DNA from: Octopus sinensis
Lineage: Eukaryota
Assembly (NCBI RefSeq): GCF_006345805.1
Contig: NW_021835999.1
Location: 186,001 to 250,000, forward strand
Reading direction: 5' to 3'
DNA: 64,000 nucleotides
Within the stretch, counting starts at the first letter, position 1, and each line of letters starts with the position of its first letter. The notes under the pieces were generated by a model. That model had not been told where the DNA came from. It was given only the letters and a program-made list of their open reading frames with translations, and did no database searches. Positions 1 through 11,212 of this stretch are shown piece by piece. Made by a program: the position numbers and the translations under genes.

Positions 1-1241
1 AGAGGCATTGAATAGTCTTCCCCCCAATGTGCACAGAGGGGAACAGTCTGTCCAGTGGGTAGACTACATGCTCAAAGTCCCGGGAGGTGGAATTGATGGA
101 TTTATTGTAGAATCGGATGACTTGTAACTGCTTGTCCATCAAAATGGAGTCTCCACTGCTCTTGCTTTGGTAGGCCTCCAGCAATGACCCCACCAGGACT
201 CCACAGTTCAGTTTCCGGTAGTGGATGGCTGGGATAATGTCACTAATGTCCCCCGAATAGGGCAGTTTCCTCCGAGGAATGAGACTGACTGGCTTGTGGA
301 GGACAGACTGGTGTCTCTCCATCACTGACACTTCATTTGTGGAGAATCTGCACATTTGCAGCGAAATATCTTCATTTCTGAGTGAGCCACCAAAATGTGA
401 CTCAAAAAGTCTCGATCGAGGACACAGGACAGTCCACAGTGGCCACATTGCCACTTTAAAGGGGATCTGTCCACCTTTGGGGACATATTTGGTGGTCTAT
501 GAGTGACCCTTTTCTTGGACTCCTGTTTGGGAGGCTGGACTGGGACAGCTCTGGTAATATTGCCATATTTGGTCCCCCTGGGATCCCCAAACTTGATTTG
601 AATGTCCTACAGTAGCACATAGTGGAGAATACAGAGGGGACAGTCTCGGGATGTCGGCCAGTGCAGTGCTGGAGGACTTTGGTGGACTCCATGGCCAGGA
701 AGCCACAGTAGGGACATCCGTAGGGTCGGTAGTGGAGGTGTCTGAAGTAGCAGTGCCTCCTCACTTTGACGACCGACCGAGCATGGAAGGAACAGTACTT
801 GCAGCGGAATCCACTCACTCCCACAATCTTCTCACATATCTCGTCTCTGTGTGGCTCATACTCGTGGACGGACTGACTCAACTCTAATCAGCAATTAAGG
901 CTGGACACCACAGTCACAATTAATCCAATCAACCACAGCGATTGATTGCCCAAATCCGGCTGAACATGCCCCAATCAATAAAGCATGTCAACACTGAAAA
1001 TGGACCAAGCATGCTGTTCTAATAGGCTAAGCCTGCTGCCTTAGCTTACTAATAGGCCAGCAATGTAGGGCAGTCACCTTTGGTTTGGGTGATGTTGATG
1101 TTCTGTCGGGACTTTTGGCTATGGTTCCTGACTGTGTGGTCGACAAGGCTTTCAAGGGTCTGTGATGTGAGGTTGTGTGGAGAATACCTCCATCTCCTGT
1201 TTGCAGAAGAGACATGTTAGGTCTGGAGTGTCAACGGCCAT
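1..1241 (-). CDS. Multi-C2H2 zinc-finger protein, 3' end runs off the window
   Basis: ATG at 1241. After removing a 28-nt intron the first finger reads CLFCKQEME|TLESLVDHTVRNH. Further fingers: FRCKYCSF..RRHCYFRH, YGCPYCGF..LQHCTGRH, WQCGHCGL..LSHILVAH. A 26-nt intron at 607-632 restores the frame. One apparent 1-nt deletion at about 355-357 splits finger FRCK(M)CRF..ERHQSVLH. Exon structure at about 900-1060 is unresolved. Confidence 0.8.
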
Positions 1242-2062
1242 GTCTAAAATGGTTAAATTAAGTAATATTAAAATATAAAGCAAGACAGGAGCACACACAT
1301 CAACTACCTCAAGTGAGCAAAGACGCCGACCAGCGCTGATATACGCACGATACGCCGCAATGGGCAAGACCTCGAGGACATCCCCAAGGACCACTGATCC
1401 CATTCACTGCTTGGAGTGCTGCTGGTCAATAAACCATTGTTTGCCAATAGAAAACACAATATCGACCCATTAAGCCTTACTGAGCTGTCATATTAGCCGC
1501 AATACGGAAAGGCAGTACAAGACAACAAGAACTAAGTCATTAAGCGCTGTGCTGTCTTTAATCCTTTGGGAAAGCTTCCGCATTAACGCAACTGCGAGAT
1601 GCAAATGCATATTGATGGGTCTGTCTTCACTCGGGACACTGTCAATCAATCGACGGGGATCTCCTGTCTATTCAATTGTTGGATAATTGTTATTCAATAA
1701 TCGAGGTATATAAGACTGCCCTTGAGAGTAAAACAGTCTCATCAGTTTTAATCTTCAAATCTCTTATTATGCACATCCGCATTATTCTATTACACATAAT
1801 ATATTCTCCACAAACAAGTCCAATCTCGTCTAACTAATGTAAGAGTCATATTAAACAAATTGTGGTCTCCAATAGAGCACTTGTACTTATCACTCTCTTC
1901 ACTCAGAGTGCCTCACTACAATATCTGCTTAATATATATCGATTGTGACTATTCAATTTAGCAGACTGTCTACACAATAAGAGGGTACCCCTATTTGCTG
2001 GCAGTAAATGCATTATTATAATTACTTCCATCGATTGTGTGGACAAACCACATTAAAATACT

Positions 2063-3110
2063 TTATAAGGAAATGATATTATGGGCAATGATGAGGGTGG
2101 AACACACAGAGGAGAGAAAGGAAGGCTGGGCAATGACAGACAGTCCAAACAGTGAGAAATGTGTGTGCATCAAATCTACAATTCACCCACCAAAAACACA
2201 CCAAATGGACAAAATGGAAACTTGCTTATTCCCCCATTCCCCAGACAACACGTACTCAAAAAATAAGCAAGATATTCCCGATCTACATGCCCCAAACCCC
2301 CAATCATGTCCAAAGAGGCCCCCACCCAGAAGGTTTGACAGCTGTCAGCATCCTTGTTGGGCCTCCCCTGAAACCCCCCGACCTGTCTCCGCACAAGCCA
2401 CCGTTCTAACCGTCTCCGTGACCCAGGCTGGTCAATAAAAAACTGATCCAGTCTTTTAAGGAGACTCAACGAAGCCAAGGCACAAAAAGTGGACCCTCCG
2501 TTAGCCTCCCCGCCCGGAATAAACGAAAAGGCCCCCTCGTATGTCTAAGATTGGCCAGTCCTCCACCTACCAAACACTCCGTGATATTCGAATACGCGGA
2601 ATCAACGTCGACCTCCCCCCAGTCCCCCAGGATATGACACACGGCCACAGCACAGTAAGTAAAGCGGAGATCAGCAAAGGTTCCTTCCACCGAGGACATG
2701 AAACTTCCACCAGCCTGTTGAAGTGTGCCTATTTTATGGACGATCCCTTTTTTGTCGACCCGGGAAAGGTCATCGTGGACTGTGAGGAGGCACATGAGAG
2801 CACAATAAGTCATGGCCAAGTCTACAACTCCCACGGACACGTCGGGGGAGATAACTTCCCCTGTGGACCCCACAAAACCACTCCCGTCAGCACACTGGTG
2901 ACTCATTATTAGGTCAGCCACAGCCTTGTGGTCACATTCCTCACCGAGGATGTCCAGAACTGCCAGCAGGAAGTAGAAAATAACCAGACTAGTATATTCT
3001 GGTATTTAGGCTTACGTAGCGGGGTAGGATTCTTGGTATCCAGCTGGCAGTCGGGACATGAGAGACTTGAGGATTCTGATGGTCCCAGCTAAGTTAAATC
3101 CATCCAACAT
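2063..3110 (-). CDS. PGGT1B: Geranylgeranyltransferase type-I beta subunit
   Basis: Motifs DLRFTYCAVA, GEANGGSTFCALASL, GFQGRPNKDADSC and DLMHTHFSLFGLS (Zn ligands D, C, H). ATG at 3110, first intron 27 nt, TAA at 2063-2065. Confidence 0.85.
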
Positions 3111-3174
3111 GGCCTTATATAAATATTAATTTTATTCACTTAAATAAATACTCCAATTTTAATAATTACACTTG

Positions 3175-3540
3175 ACCGAATTCTTTTTTTCATTAATCTG
3201 GATGTTATTTCATTCCACGTAATAACCATCGGTATGACATTCACTTTTGAATTATGGATTACCTTCAATTCGTTTGCCAAAAGGTCATATTTATGTAATT
3301 TCTCTACTTCTACATACTTCAAGGATTGTTGAGAAGTAATCCCAATTTCGATGAGCGTAATAATATTCCGAACTTTGTCGTAGAATGTCCGGTTTATTAT
3401 TACTGACTGCAGTCTTGATGGTAGTGTCCACACGTATTTCGACCACCTCATTAGAGACAGTCGACTGAACGGAGTGGGTCTTTAACTTCCGAGACTGTTT
3501 TATTCCATATTTTCGGCAGATGTGCAGGTGCATAACCACC
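3175..3540 (-). mobile_element. R4-like non-LTR retrotransposon fragment (restriction-like endonuclease region), frameshifted
   Basis: HSVQSTVSNEVVEIRVDTTIKT..NNKPDI..IEIGITSQ..VEVEKLHKYDLLANEL: PD..E..K..KY pattern of RLE endonucleases. No termini recognised. Confidence 0.8.
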
Positions 3541-3620
3541 AGGACGATTCTTTCAGATCCACGTCCAAATCATCATAGCAATTGAACAAAATTGAGTTTA
3601 TGGGTTATTCCTAGTTTCAG

Positions 3621-3673
3621 GTTAAACTTCCTGTGTTTTTGGGGCCAAGACGCTTGCTCATCTCAAGAAACTT
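3621..3673. repeat. Left arm of an inverted repeat pairing with 6848-6893
   Basis: gttaaacttcctgtgtttttggggcc[aagacgc]ttgctcatctcaagaaactt is the reverse complement of 6848-6893 apart from a 7-nt indel. Confidence 0.85.
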
Positions 3674-4828
3674 GGCCCCTTGTGCACCCACCGCTCCAGA
3701 GATCCGAGGGAATTTATATTCCTTATTCAGAGGATCTCGCTGGCTGTTTTACACGGGAATTGTCTTTCATTCCTGCGAGCCAGTTCATAATAGCTAGTTT
3801 TTTTGATGATTTCGTTATTTTATTAAAAAAATCAGTTTACTTCGACTCTACATTTGATTGGACAAGTTTACAATGCAACAAAAATTGGCCACGAAATTAA
3901 TGAGTGTGTTGAGTGAAGGAGTCTCTCTCAAAAAGAGCACCGGAAGTGTTCGTCGAGCAATTTTCTGGTGATCAGTCATAAGCACAAAACCAAAACGAGG
4001 CGAATGGAAAGTGGAATTTATAGTAAAAAGGCAATTCGGCCAAACAAGGACTGCAAATCGGACACATTCGAGTATTCCAAATATGCCGGAAAACTCTTAT
4101 CATAGCAAACTCCAATACCTCGATCAGAGCTGTGTGGATGCAACTAATGGTCAACTCCAGTCTAGTAGTATCAAGTAGTAAGTGAAACTGCAAAATAAAT
4201 ATGACAATACGACCAATTTAAGATGATTGAAAGTCGTTTCGGAAATGTATTTGAGGAATAGACTATTGAGAACTTGGGAGATTGACTCGTGTCTGTCACA
4301 ACTAAACGAATTACTGCCGAGAATCACAATAAGATGAGAATTGATTGGTTTTGAGGACTACCTCTCGTACATTATTGGTGGCTTGGTTGCTCAGTTTAAT
4401 GAAAATGTCTGCTACAATGTGACAAATGTGCATATTAGTGGAGGTGGTGTTGTATGAACTCAATGGAAGATCACATTTTGTACAAAAGTGACATTCGCAG
4501 GTTAAATCAAGGCACCCAGCGAGACCACATGGAAGGTATATAAGCAGTTCAGTACTGTCAACTACACGACTAGTGCTCTAATTATCGAAGCCGAGTATGC
4601 TGGATAGTTCGCCACTCAACAAAGTATCGTTAGTCCACCTTTGTAGAACTGTGGGAAGTCTGTTTAATACTAATTCCAGCACTTCCTGTCCGTATACGCC
4701 TCTCTGTTTATATTAATATCAAAGGAGACTAAGCACGATGAGAAGAACTCAAGTGCATGTTGAAATATCTCCAACCCTCCCGTGAACAGTTCTATAAACA
4801 TTCCAAAGTATAGCACTACGCTTGTGAA

Positions 4829-5010
4829 TGTAAACAACCTTTTTCAGTGACTAAACTCAGAGACTGGGCTCGGTTTATTAACTCGTTTATTACATTCTCC
4901 TGATTAAAGTCGCCAGGTTAGGTCTATGGACAGACAACCTCGGCAACACAAGTGACGGATCACGGAAACACCAACTCGGGGGATGAGATTGAGTAGAGCA
5001 GTTGTTTACA
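4829..5010. repeat. Possible solo LTR or small TG..CA element (182 bp)
   Basis: 10-bp terminal inverted repeat tgtaaacaac...gttgtttaca and two AATAAA on the minus strand. No target-site duplication seen. Confidence 0.3.
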
Positions 5011-5120
5011 GAGACAAACAAACAGTTCAGTTACCCTAATACTATTAATGTTACGTAATACTGTATTTCAATTAAATTGACATGTTTTATTTGCACATGA
5101 ATGAGTAGTGAGTATAAATC

Positions 5121-5193
5121 AGTGATGGACTATATATACTGATATAATACAAGTGATGGACTATAACATATATATACTGATATAATACAAGTG
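5121..5193. repeat. Short tandem duplication (about 31-38 nt unit, two copies)
   Basis: agtgatggactata(..)tatactgatataatacaa occurs twice. Confidence 0.7.
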
Positions 5194-5319
5194 GTAGGTC
5201 AGATATTCGATGTCTTAAAGATTCAAAATGCTCACCCAACCAGTCCACAAAACTAAAAGATTCACTTAACCCGCGATCATTTTGCAGACAAAGTTCAAAA
5301 GTGTGACAATGCTCTACAC

Positions 5320-5883
5320 CAGTGATTCTCAAGCTTTTTTGCTCAGGGGCCGCAAATTAAAAAAAAAATTTACAGGGGCCGCAAATAATTTTTAAGAATT
5401 ATTTATTAACCAAATAATCAAAATTAATTTGTATGATGCCAGGTTAATATTAGACGAATATGTGCCACTTTTGAAAGTAAATGATCGTTTTAAATAATCT
5501 TCTTTCATTTGTTTTAGTTTTTTCGTCCGAGAAACACCAGTGAATTTGTCATAAAAAATAGAGTGGAAACGGTAGTGCCGTTCGATTGTATACGTTTTTA
5601 GAGTTGCAATAATAGAATGGCATATTAGGCAAAGAGCCTTTCCATTGATCTCAATAATGAATATTTTTCTTCCCAGATGTGTTGAAAAATCCTATTTTCC
5701 TCGGAAAGTTTTCGACAACGTTTAGAATCAGACATCACAACAACAAATAAAAAACGTGACATTTTTTTATTCATAAAATTTAAAAATATTAAATTAAAAA
5801 ATAAAACATTTATAAAACCTAGGGGCCGCAATTAAATCCTAGGGGCCGCATGCGGCCCCAGGGGCCGCACTTGAGAATCTCTG
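5320..5883 (-). mobile_element. Non-autonomous hAT transposon (SPIN/Buster-like), copy 1
   Basis: TIRs cagtgattctcaag / cttgagaatctctg; 8-bp TSD ctctacac (nnnTAnnn) at 5312-5319 and 5884-5891; subterminal ggggccgc repeats. Retains the N-terminal zinc-finger region of a GTF2IRD2/SPIN-type transposase. Confidence 0.92.
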
Positions 5884-5891
5884 CTCTACAC

Positions 5892-6450
5892 CAGTGATTC
5901 TCAAGCTTTTTTGCTCAGGGGCCGCAAATTAAAAAAAAAAATTTACAGGGGCCGCAAATAATTTTTAAGAATTATTTATTAACCAAATAATCAAAATTAA
6001 TTTGTATGATGCCAGGTTAATATTAGACGAATATGTGCCACTTTTGAAAGTAATGATCGTTTTAAATAATCTTCTTTCATTTGTTTTAGTTTTTTCGTCC
6101 GAGAAACACCAGTGAATTTGTCATAAAAAATAGAGTGGAAACGGTAGTGCCGTTCGATTGTATACGTTTTTAGAGTTGCAATAATAGAATGGCATATTAG
6201 GCAAAGAGCCTTTCCATTGATCTCAATAATGAAATATTTTTCTTCCCAGATGTGTTGAAAAATCCTATTTTCCTCGGAAAGTTTTCGACAACGTTTAGAA
6301 TCAGACATCACAACAACAAATAAAAACGTGACATTTTTTATTCATAAATTTAAAAATATTAATTAAAAATAAAACATTTATAAAACCTAGGGGCCGCAAA
6401 TTAAATCCTAGGGGCCGCATGCGGCCCAGGGCCGCACTTGAGAATCTCTG
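5892..6450 (-). mobile_element. Non-autonomous hAT transposon (SPIN/Buster-like), copy 2, head-to-tail with copy 1
   Basis: Same TIRs; third TSD copy at 6451-6458. ORF 5997-6311 reads MSDSKRCRKLSEENRIFQHIWEEKYF..ALCLICH..TLKTYTIERHY. Confidence 0.92.
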
Positions 6451-6847
6451 CTCTACACACTCAAGTCAGAGATTACCCACCTCACGACCAACTCACTCTG
6501 AATGCAGTCAATGGTGTGGAATACAATCCATTTATTCATTTCGTGGTAATCCAATTGAATAAACAACTTTAAAAGGTAGTTGAAATATTCCCAATCAGCA
6601 GTGGAGGCGATCCTGATTGTTTCGTTTTTTATCAAATTTAGAGAAATGAGGACATAAAATGGAGGCAAATGACAAGTCGGATTGCGTGATAAATAATCAG
6701 TGAAGGCAGTTATCAGTGCGGTGCCAGTTCTGTTAGGGATAATCCCAATTCCTCGTGCAATTAGTGAAAAAATGCCCACAAAATGGCCAATTCCAATACT
6801 GACGTCCCCCTCAAGCAATGATAGGAGACAGACAGTTGTCACATTCA

Positions 6848-6893
6848 AAGTTTCTTGAGATGAGCAAGGCCCCAAAAACACAGGAAGTTTAAC
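6848..6893. repeat. Right arm of the inverted repeat pairing with 3621-3673
   Basis: aagtttcttgagatgagcaaggccccaaaaacacaggaagtttaac, followed at 6909-6925 by a direct copy of 3601-3617 (tgggttattcctagttt). Confidence 0.85.
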
Positions 6894-7049
6894 ATAAACA
6901 CAGGTTGGTGGGTTATTCCTAGTTTTTTAGAAATCTGTCTGTTTAATCGAGTGATATCTGAACTTTACTTTTGTTTTAATACTTCTTTGTGTTTCTGACT
7001 CCCGAGAAAAGTCTATTCTCGAGCAATTGGACAATCTTGTAATCCTGAA

Positions 7050-7581
7050 CAACCCCTCACTGCACATATGAACTCCATACAACACCAAGGACAAGCCTAC
7101 CTCCCCCGACCTGACCCTATGTTCTTCCAACCTCGCACCTCTGGTTAACTTTGATGTACATGATTTCGACTCGGTCGACAACGCCCTCAAGCATTTCTAC
7201 CGAACAATTTCGATTGGAAAAAAATCATTCTTAAGAATGAGGAAAATTTATCCAAAACCAGTAAGAAAATTTCCTTCGAGGATCCTACCTCTAATCGAGG
7301 AACGGAACTCATTGAAAGGTGTCATCCCTAAGAAGATTCACAAACCCGGAGAGATTTAAATCGGGTGAGGATAATGCGGCTCCCTTCACCAACAAATTGA
7401 TAAAGTTCTACGCTGGAATCAGCAACATCCCTCACAGGAAATATGATGGACAATGCTTGAAGTCATTAAAACCCCGAAGATGTCGGGACATGATAATCCT
7501 CACTCATGAGAAGGTGTCTCAGACTATCAGAAATTTAAGAAGCACTGGCTCTTGTGGACCTGACGGAATTCCTACTATTCT
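7050..7581 (+). mobile_element. Non-LTR retrotransposon fragment (region just before the RT domain)
   Basis: VSQTIRNLRSTGSCGPDGIPTIL matches the RT domain-0 'GPDGIP' motif. It ends abruptly against host-like coding sequence. Confidence 0.6.
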
Positions 7582-8395
7582 GAGTTGGAGGACAGAACAT
7601 CGCGGATTGAGGAGTTGGAAGGGACTATTCAAGAACTACGACACATTTATGAAGACCGAGAGTCCTACGAGGAGACAATTCGGGGACTGCGAGAGGAAGT
7701 GAGTGAGTTGACAGGAGAGAGGAGACGAGTGGAGACTATGTGTGAGGACTGAGTGTTGAGGGGCGGCCAGTGCGAGGGAGTTGGCCATCGTGAAGGCCAC
7801 TCTTTGCAAAGAAAGAAGACGATTTGTCTTGGAGAATAGAGTATTGTGTCTGATTGGCAATTGAGAGAGCCTAACCAGAGACATTATTAATTTGCGGAGA
7901 CTCCAGAAAGGGGAGGAGATTGTGTCCCTCGATAACTGTGACGGAAGTAGTGGAGAACGTACTTCTCTGTCCTCTTTCCTCGACGTGCATGAGTTGTGGG
8001 ATCGCGTCATTCTCCACAAACAAGAGATATGCCACTACAAGGAACTTTGCGATAATCTCAAAGACTCGGTCGACAGTCTTAAGGCTCAACTTGAGCAGAA
8101 AGATAGGTTGGATTGGTCAGGCCACGCTTAGTGTTGTCAGGTATTGCCTTCTCCTCGTCGGGAATGTCGATCCCTCACATTTGCTCGAGGTTGGTCGTGA
8201 TATGCAGAGTTGCAGAATTTGTCAACAATCAACGGGATTGACAACCGACTTATCAGTGCGGGGTTTTCTCCGGAGAGATCTGATTTGTCTCAGTTCTGTT
8301 CGAAGGACCTCACTCTCAAATTGGCCGTGGAAGTAAACAGACGACTACAGTCAGTTCTCGAGTCCCTCATCATGGCTATGGACAAAGCTCGATAG
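7582..8395 (+). CDS. Coiled-coil protein of unknown function, 5'-truncated
   Basis: Heptad-rich exons (ELEDRTSRIEELEGTIQELRHIYE; YKELCDNLKDSVDSLKAQLEQKD) joined by about 20-27-nt GT-AG introns. No ATG before the retroelement junction. Stop at 8395. Confidence 0.5.
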
Positions 8396-8427
8396 AAATT
8401 TTATTTTTTAACTTTTGTAATTAATGA

Positions 8428-9135
8428 TCAAATTTGCTTCCTTTTGCTTTGACGGTAATAAATGATTTGGAGAGCCAGAATTCCACTGGAGACACAACCT
8501 GAGATGTACCCCACCAGGAGAATTCGGTCCCCACTTTCCTGCAGGGTGGTAAACACCCTCGCCAAAGCCCCCAAACTCATAATAGCCACTGTAGAGAAGG
8601 ACAGTTTCCCAGTCCCCTTGTTTGTATGGTTAGCAACAATTTGAAGCAACTGGGACAATAAACCAGAAGGGAACCCTCCCAGATATGGCGAATGGGATAG
8701 TCATTAGCTGAGCTGCCCCCAGTGCCCTCACATTGCAGTAGGGGACTGACAGTAAGCCCAAAGTCGTCCCCGACAACAAAAACAGGACATGTCTGTGTCG
8801 CTTGTGTAGGTACAAACACATGACCAACAGCCACCAATTCTGCAAGCAAAGACTGTCTCCATAAGCTCTGGGAATAATGTAAATGGAATGCCTGAGGGGG
8901 TAATTGTTGGTGTATGAATATATACTGGTCAGTTGGTAAGCAAAGGTCTCCAGGAAGAGGCAGCTCAGTCCCTCAGCTGTGCTACTGGACATGATTAGCA
9001 CAATTTGGGGCAGTTTAACTGACTGATATCACACCCAATGTACCAAGTGCTGATCCCGCCGAAATGGCATATCCGAGAACTCTGGCCAGGGCGAGTTTGA
9101 GGCAGACAACTATTCCAAATCACATATGCCCTTAC
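8428..9135 (-). CDS. MPDU1: Mannose-P-dolichol utilization defect 1 (PQ-loop protein), first exon missing or replaced
   Basis: VCLKLALARVLGYAISAGSALV|KLPQI..SAEGLS-like N-terminal part and NKGTGKLSFSTV..GALARVFTTLQESGD..QIIYY C-terminal part. The 26-nt intron 1 (9110-9135) is retained but no in-frame ATG lies upstream of it. Confidence 0.8.
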
Positions 9136-9395
9136 AGTCAGTCCTGGCACTGTGGAAGCTTCCTGTGTTTATGGGTTCTTTTTTAGTATTTGTTCAAGCT
9201 TTCCTTGCAAATCCCTCAGAACATTCAGTTTGAGGCTTTCCGGAGTTGCAAATTGGTACTTTCTGCATAGGAATTCCTTGATAGTGGCCATATGAGTTTT
9301 CTTGAATCTGACGGCCTTCAGAATTCCTTCTCTCCTCAAGCAATAGGAAGCCTTCATCTCAATGTCCTTGAGGAATTCAAGAAGCATTCGCTCGC
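9136..9395 (-). mobile_element. R4-like retrotransposon fragment (post-RT region)
   Basis: SERMLLEFL..LRREGILKA..KKTHMATIKEFL..KY aligns with the end of the 29905-30702 ORF (RSEKCCL..PRKAAILWAEQKRKSHMA). Confidence 0.7.
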
Positions 9396-9528
9396 TAATT
9401 TTATTCACAATAAATATTCCAATTTTAATAATTATAACTATTTCATTTTATGGTAACATATTATCTTATATATAATGGTCTACCACTATTAATATAGGAA
9501 GGGCGGTCTAATTAGAAGAGTAAGTATG

Positions 9529-9900
9529 TTAGTGTGTCAGTCTACTTAGGAGAGGGTTGTACTCCTGTCCGGACTGTGGTTTGTCCATCATTCCTAACTC
9601 ATAAGCCAGTTTGTCGATTTCCACTAAAAATGACATATTTGTGCTAACCACGTGCATTGTATTTGCCAATTTCTTCGTCCCTGAGCTTCCTCTGTTCCCT
9701 TAGTTTGTTGATGATTGGCTGATTGGAGGCCTCGAATTTGCACAGAGACTCTATAGGTTAGGGAGGGGTTGAGAACTGTGTCTGTACATGCCATAGCCCA
9801 TTCCTGCGAGGAGTAGAGACCAGCGAGAGCACTATTCCCTCTATTTCAATAATATGACCTTAATTAGGGCTGAAACATATGTAAGGGGTACACCGGACAT
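9529..9900 (-). CDS. ATP5ME: Mitochondrial ATP synthase subunit e (97 aa; not in the ORF track)
   Basis: Removing introns of 27, 26 and 25 nt gives MSGVPLTYVSALIKCSRWSLLLAGMGYGMYRHKSL...EIDKLAYELGM. This matches the VSPLIK.GR.S.L..G..YG signature with GxxxG. Confidence 0.85.
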
Positions 9901-11212
9901 GGGCCACTAGAAAATACTCGATGATAAATAAAATATAAAAATTATTAATTAGCATATTTTAATAATACTAAAATAAAAATCATTTTTCGAGGAAAGTCAA
10001 TTAGAGATCCCCATTTCTAGGTCAACATTATATCCATAATTATTTGAGGCCCTTTGTAAGGATTTGGCAGAGCATTTCAAAAAACGTGACAAAGTCTACT
10101 GATTTCTCAGAGACGCCGATTCTACTGATTTCGACATCTTCAATATTGATGAGGTCCTCAGTTTATAGCACTGTCTTTTCAAATACTACAATTTTGAAAT
10201 ACACCTCAAAATTGCAATTCTCTGAGTGTGTTTTCATGTTCTGACTGTACTACCAAAATACTCAAACAATGACTGTCTAAATGAGAAGATGTGTCATCTA
10301 CTTTAAAAGAGTATTGTACTACCAAAATACTCCAATATAATTTAAGTTAATGCATATTTAACATTATCGACCAGTAATGTAATTGGTTTATAATCCTAAA
10401 TTATCTCCATTTGTCGTTTCAGGTGTTTTCTCAGAATGATGACTATTCCACAAACAAGCGCAGAAGAAAGCACATCAAAATACCTAATTTGTTAGATTTT
10501 TGGGTGGAAGGTTCTTGGAGGACCTCATCATTTTGAACTTGTTCCCCATTAGAGATTTTTATAATTTATTTTTCTAATTTGAGGTGTAAACACACAGAAA
10601 GACATACACCATTTTATTCTTGTACATTTTTTTTCAAATTGCTCTAAGAAAAATTTTGTGGAGATTTTTCCTTATCAAGTATAACCTGAAATACGCTTTT
10701 TTTACCGTCGATGCATTCATAAAGCATAAAAAGACATAAACCATGTTTTACAAATATAAAAGAACGAATCATTAAGAGATATAAAATAAAGTCTAGGACC
10801 ACACACCACTCCACCCATCACGCTCCTCAGATGAACATTTGTAAAGGGGGGACAACCACCTTTCCCCTCGAGTGACCACATCAACTACCACATATGACCA
10901 AATTACAACTTTCTTCATATTTAAAAATACTCCTCTTTAACTTCGAACTAGAATGGTCTTGGAACGTCAACAAAATACGTGTTTTATCAACTTATAGTAG
11001 AAATTTGAACTCAGCAAAAAATATAAAATAAACAAGTTTTAAACAAAAGATATGAATTGAGGACTCGTCCTTACCTTAAGGATTGGCTCGTACCTCAAAA
11101 CCGACTCCGTAGGACTAATACTGTATAAATCTAGACTAGTATAATCCAGTTGAGGTGGATAAAAAGACAGGTTAGGTTATTTCAAACAATAAGGACAAAT
11201 CTGTTAATATGA

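Noticed and set aside
351-360. Frameshift inside a zinc finger (and similarly TTLL6 at 63818-63821) as programmed frameshifting or pseudogenisation
   Set aside because: Each is fixed by adding one base to a homopolymer, and the two hAT copies differ in the same way, so long-read consensus error is the simpler explanation.
4150-4700. Kelch-like remnants (YIIGG, ELNG)
   Set aside because: Only a few short motifs across many stops; could be chance.
5320-6450. CRISPR-like array suggested by recurring ggggccgc
   Set aside because: These are hAT subterminal repeats with no regular spacers, in a eukaryotic context without cas genes.
9990-10915. Possible gene between UQCR10 and ATP5ME (ATG near 10910, donor- and acceptor-like sites)
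   Set aside because: I could not build a stop-free spliced frame or recognise a product.
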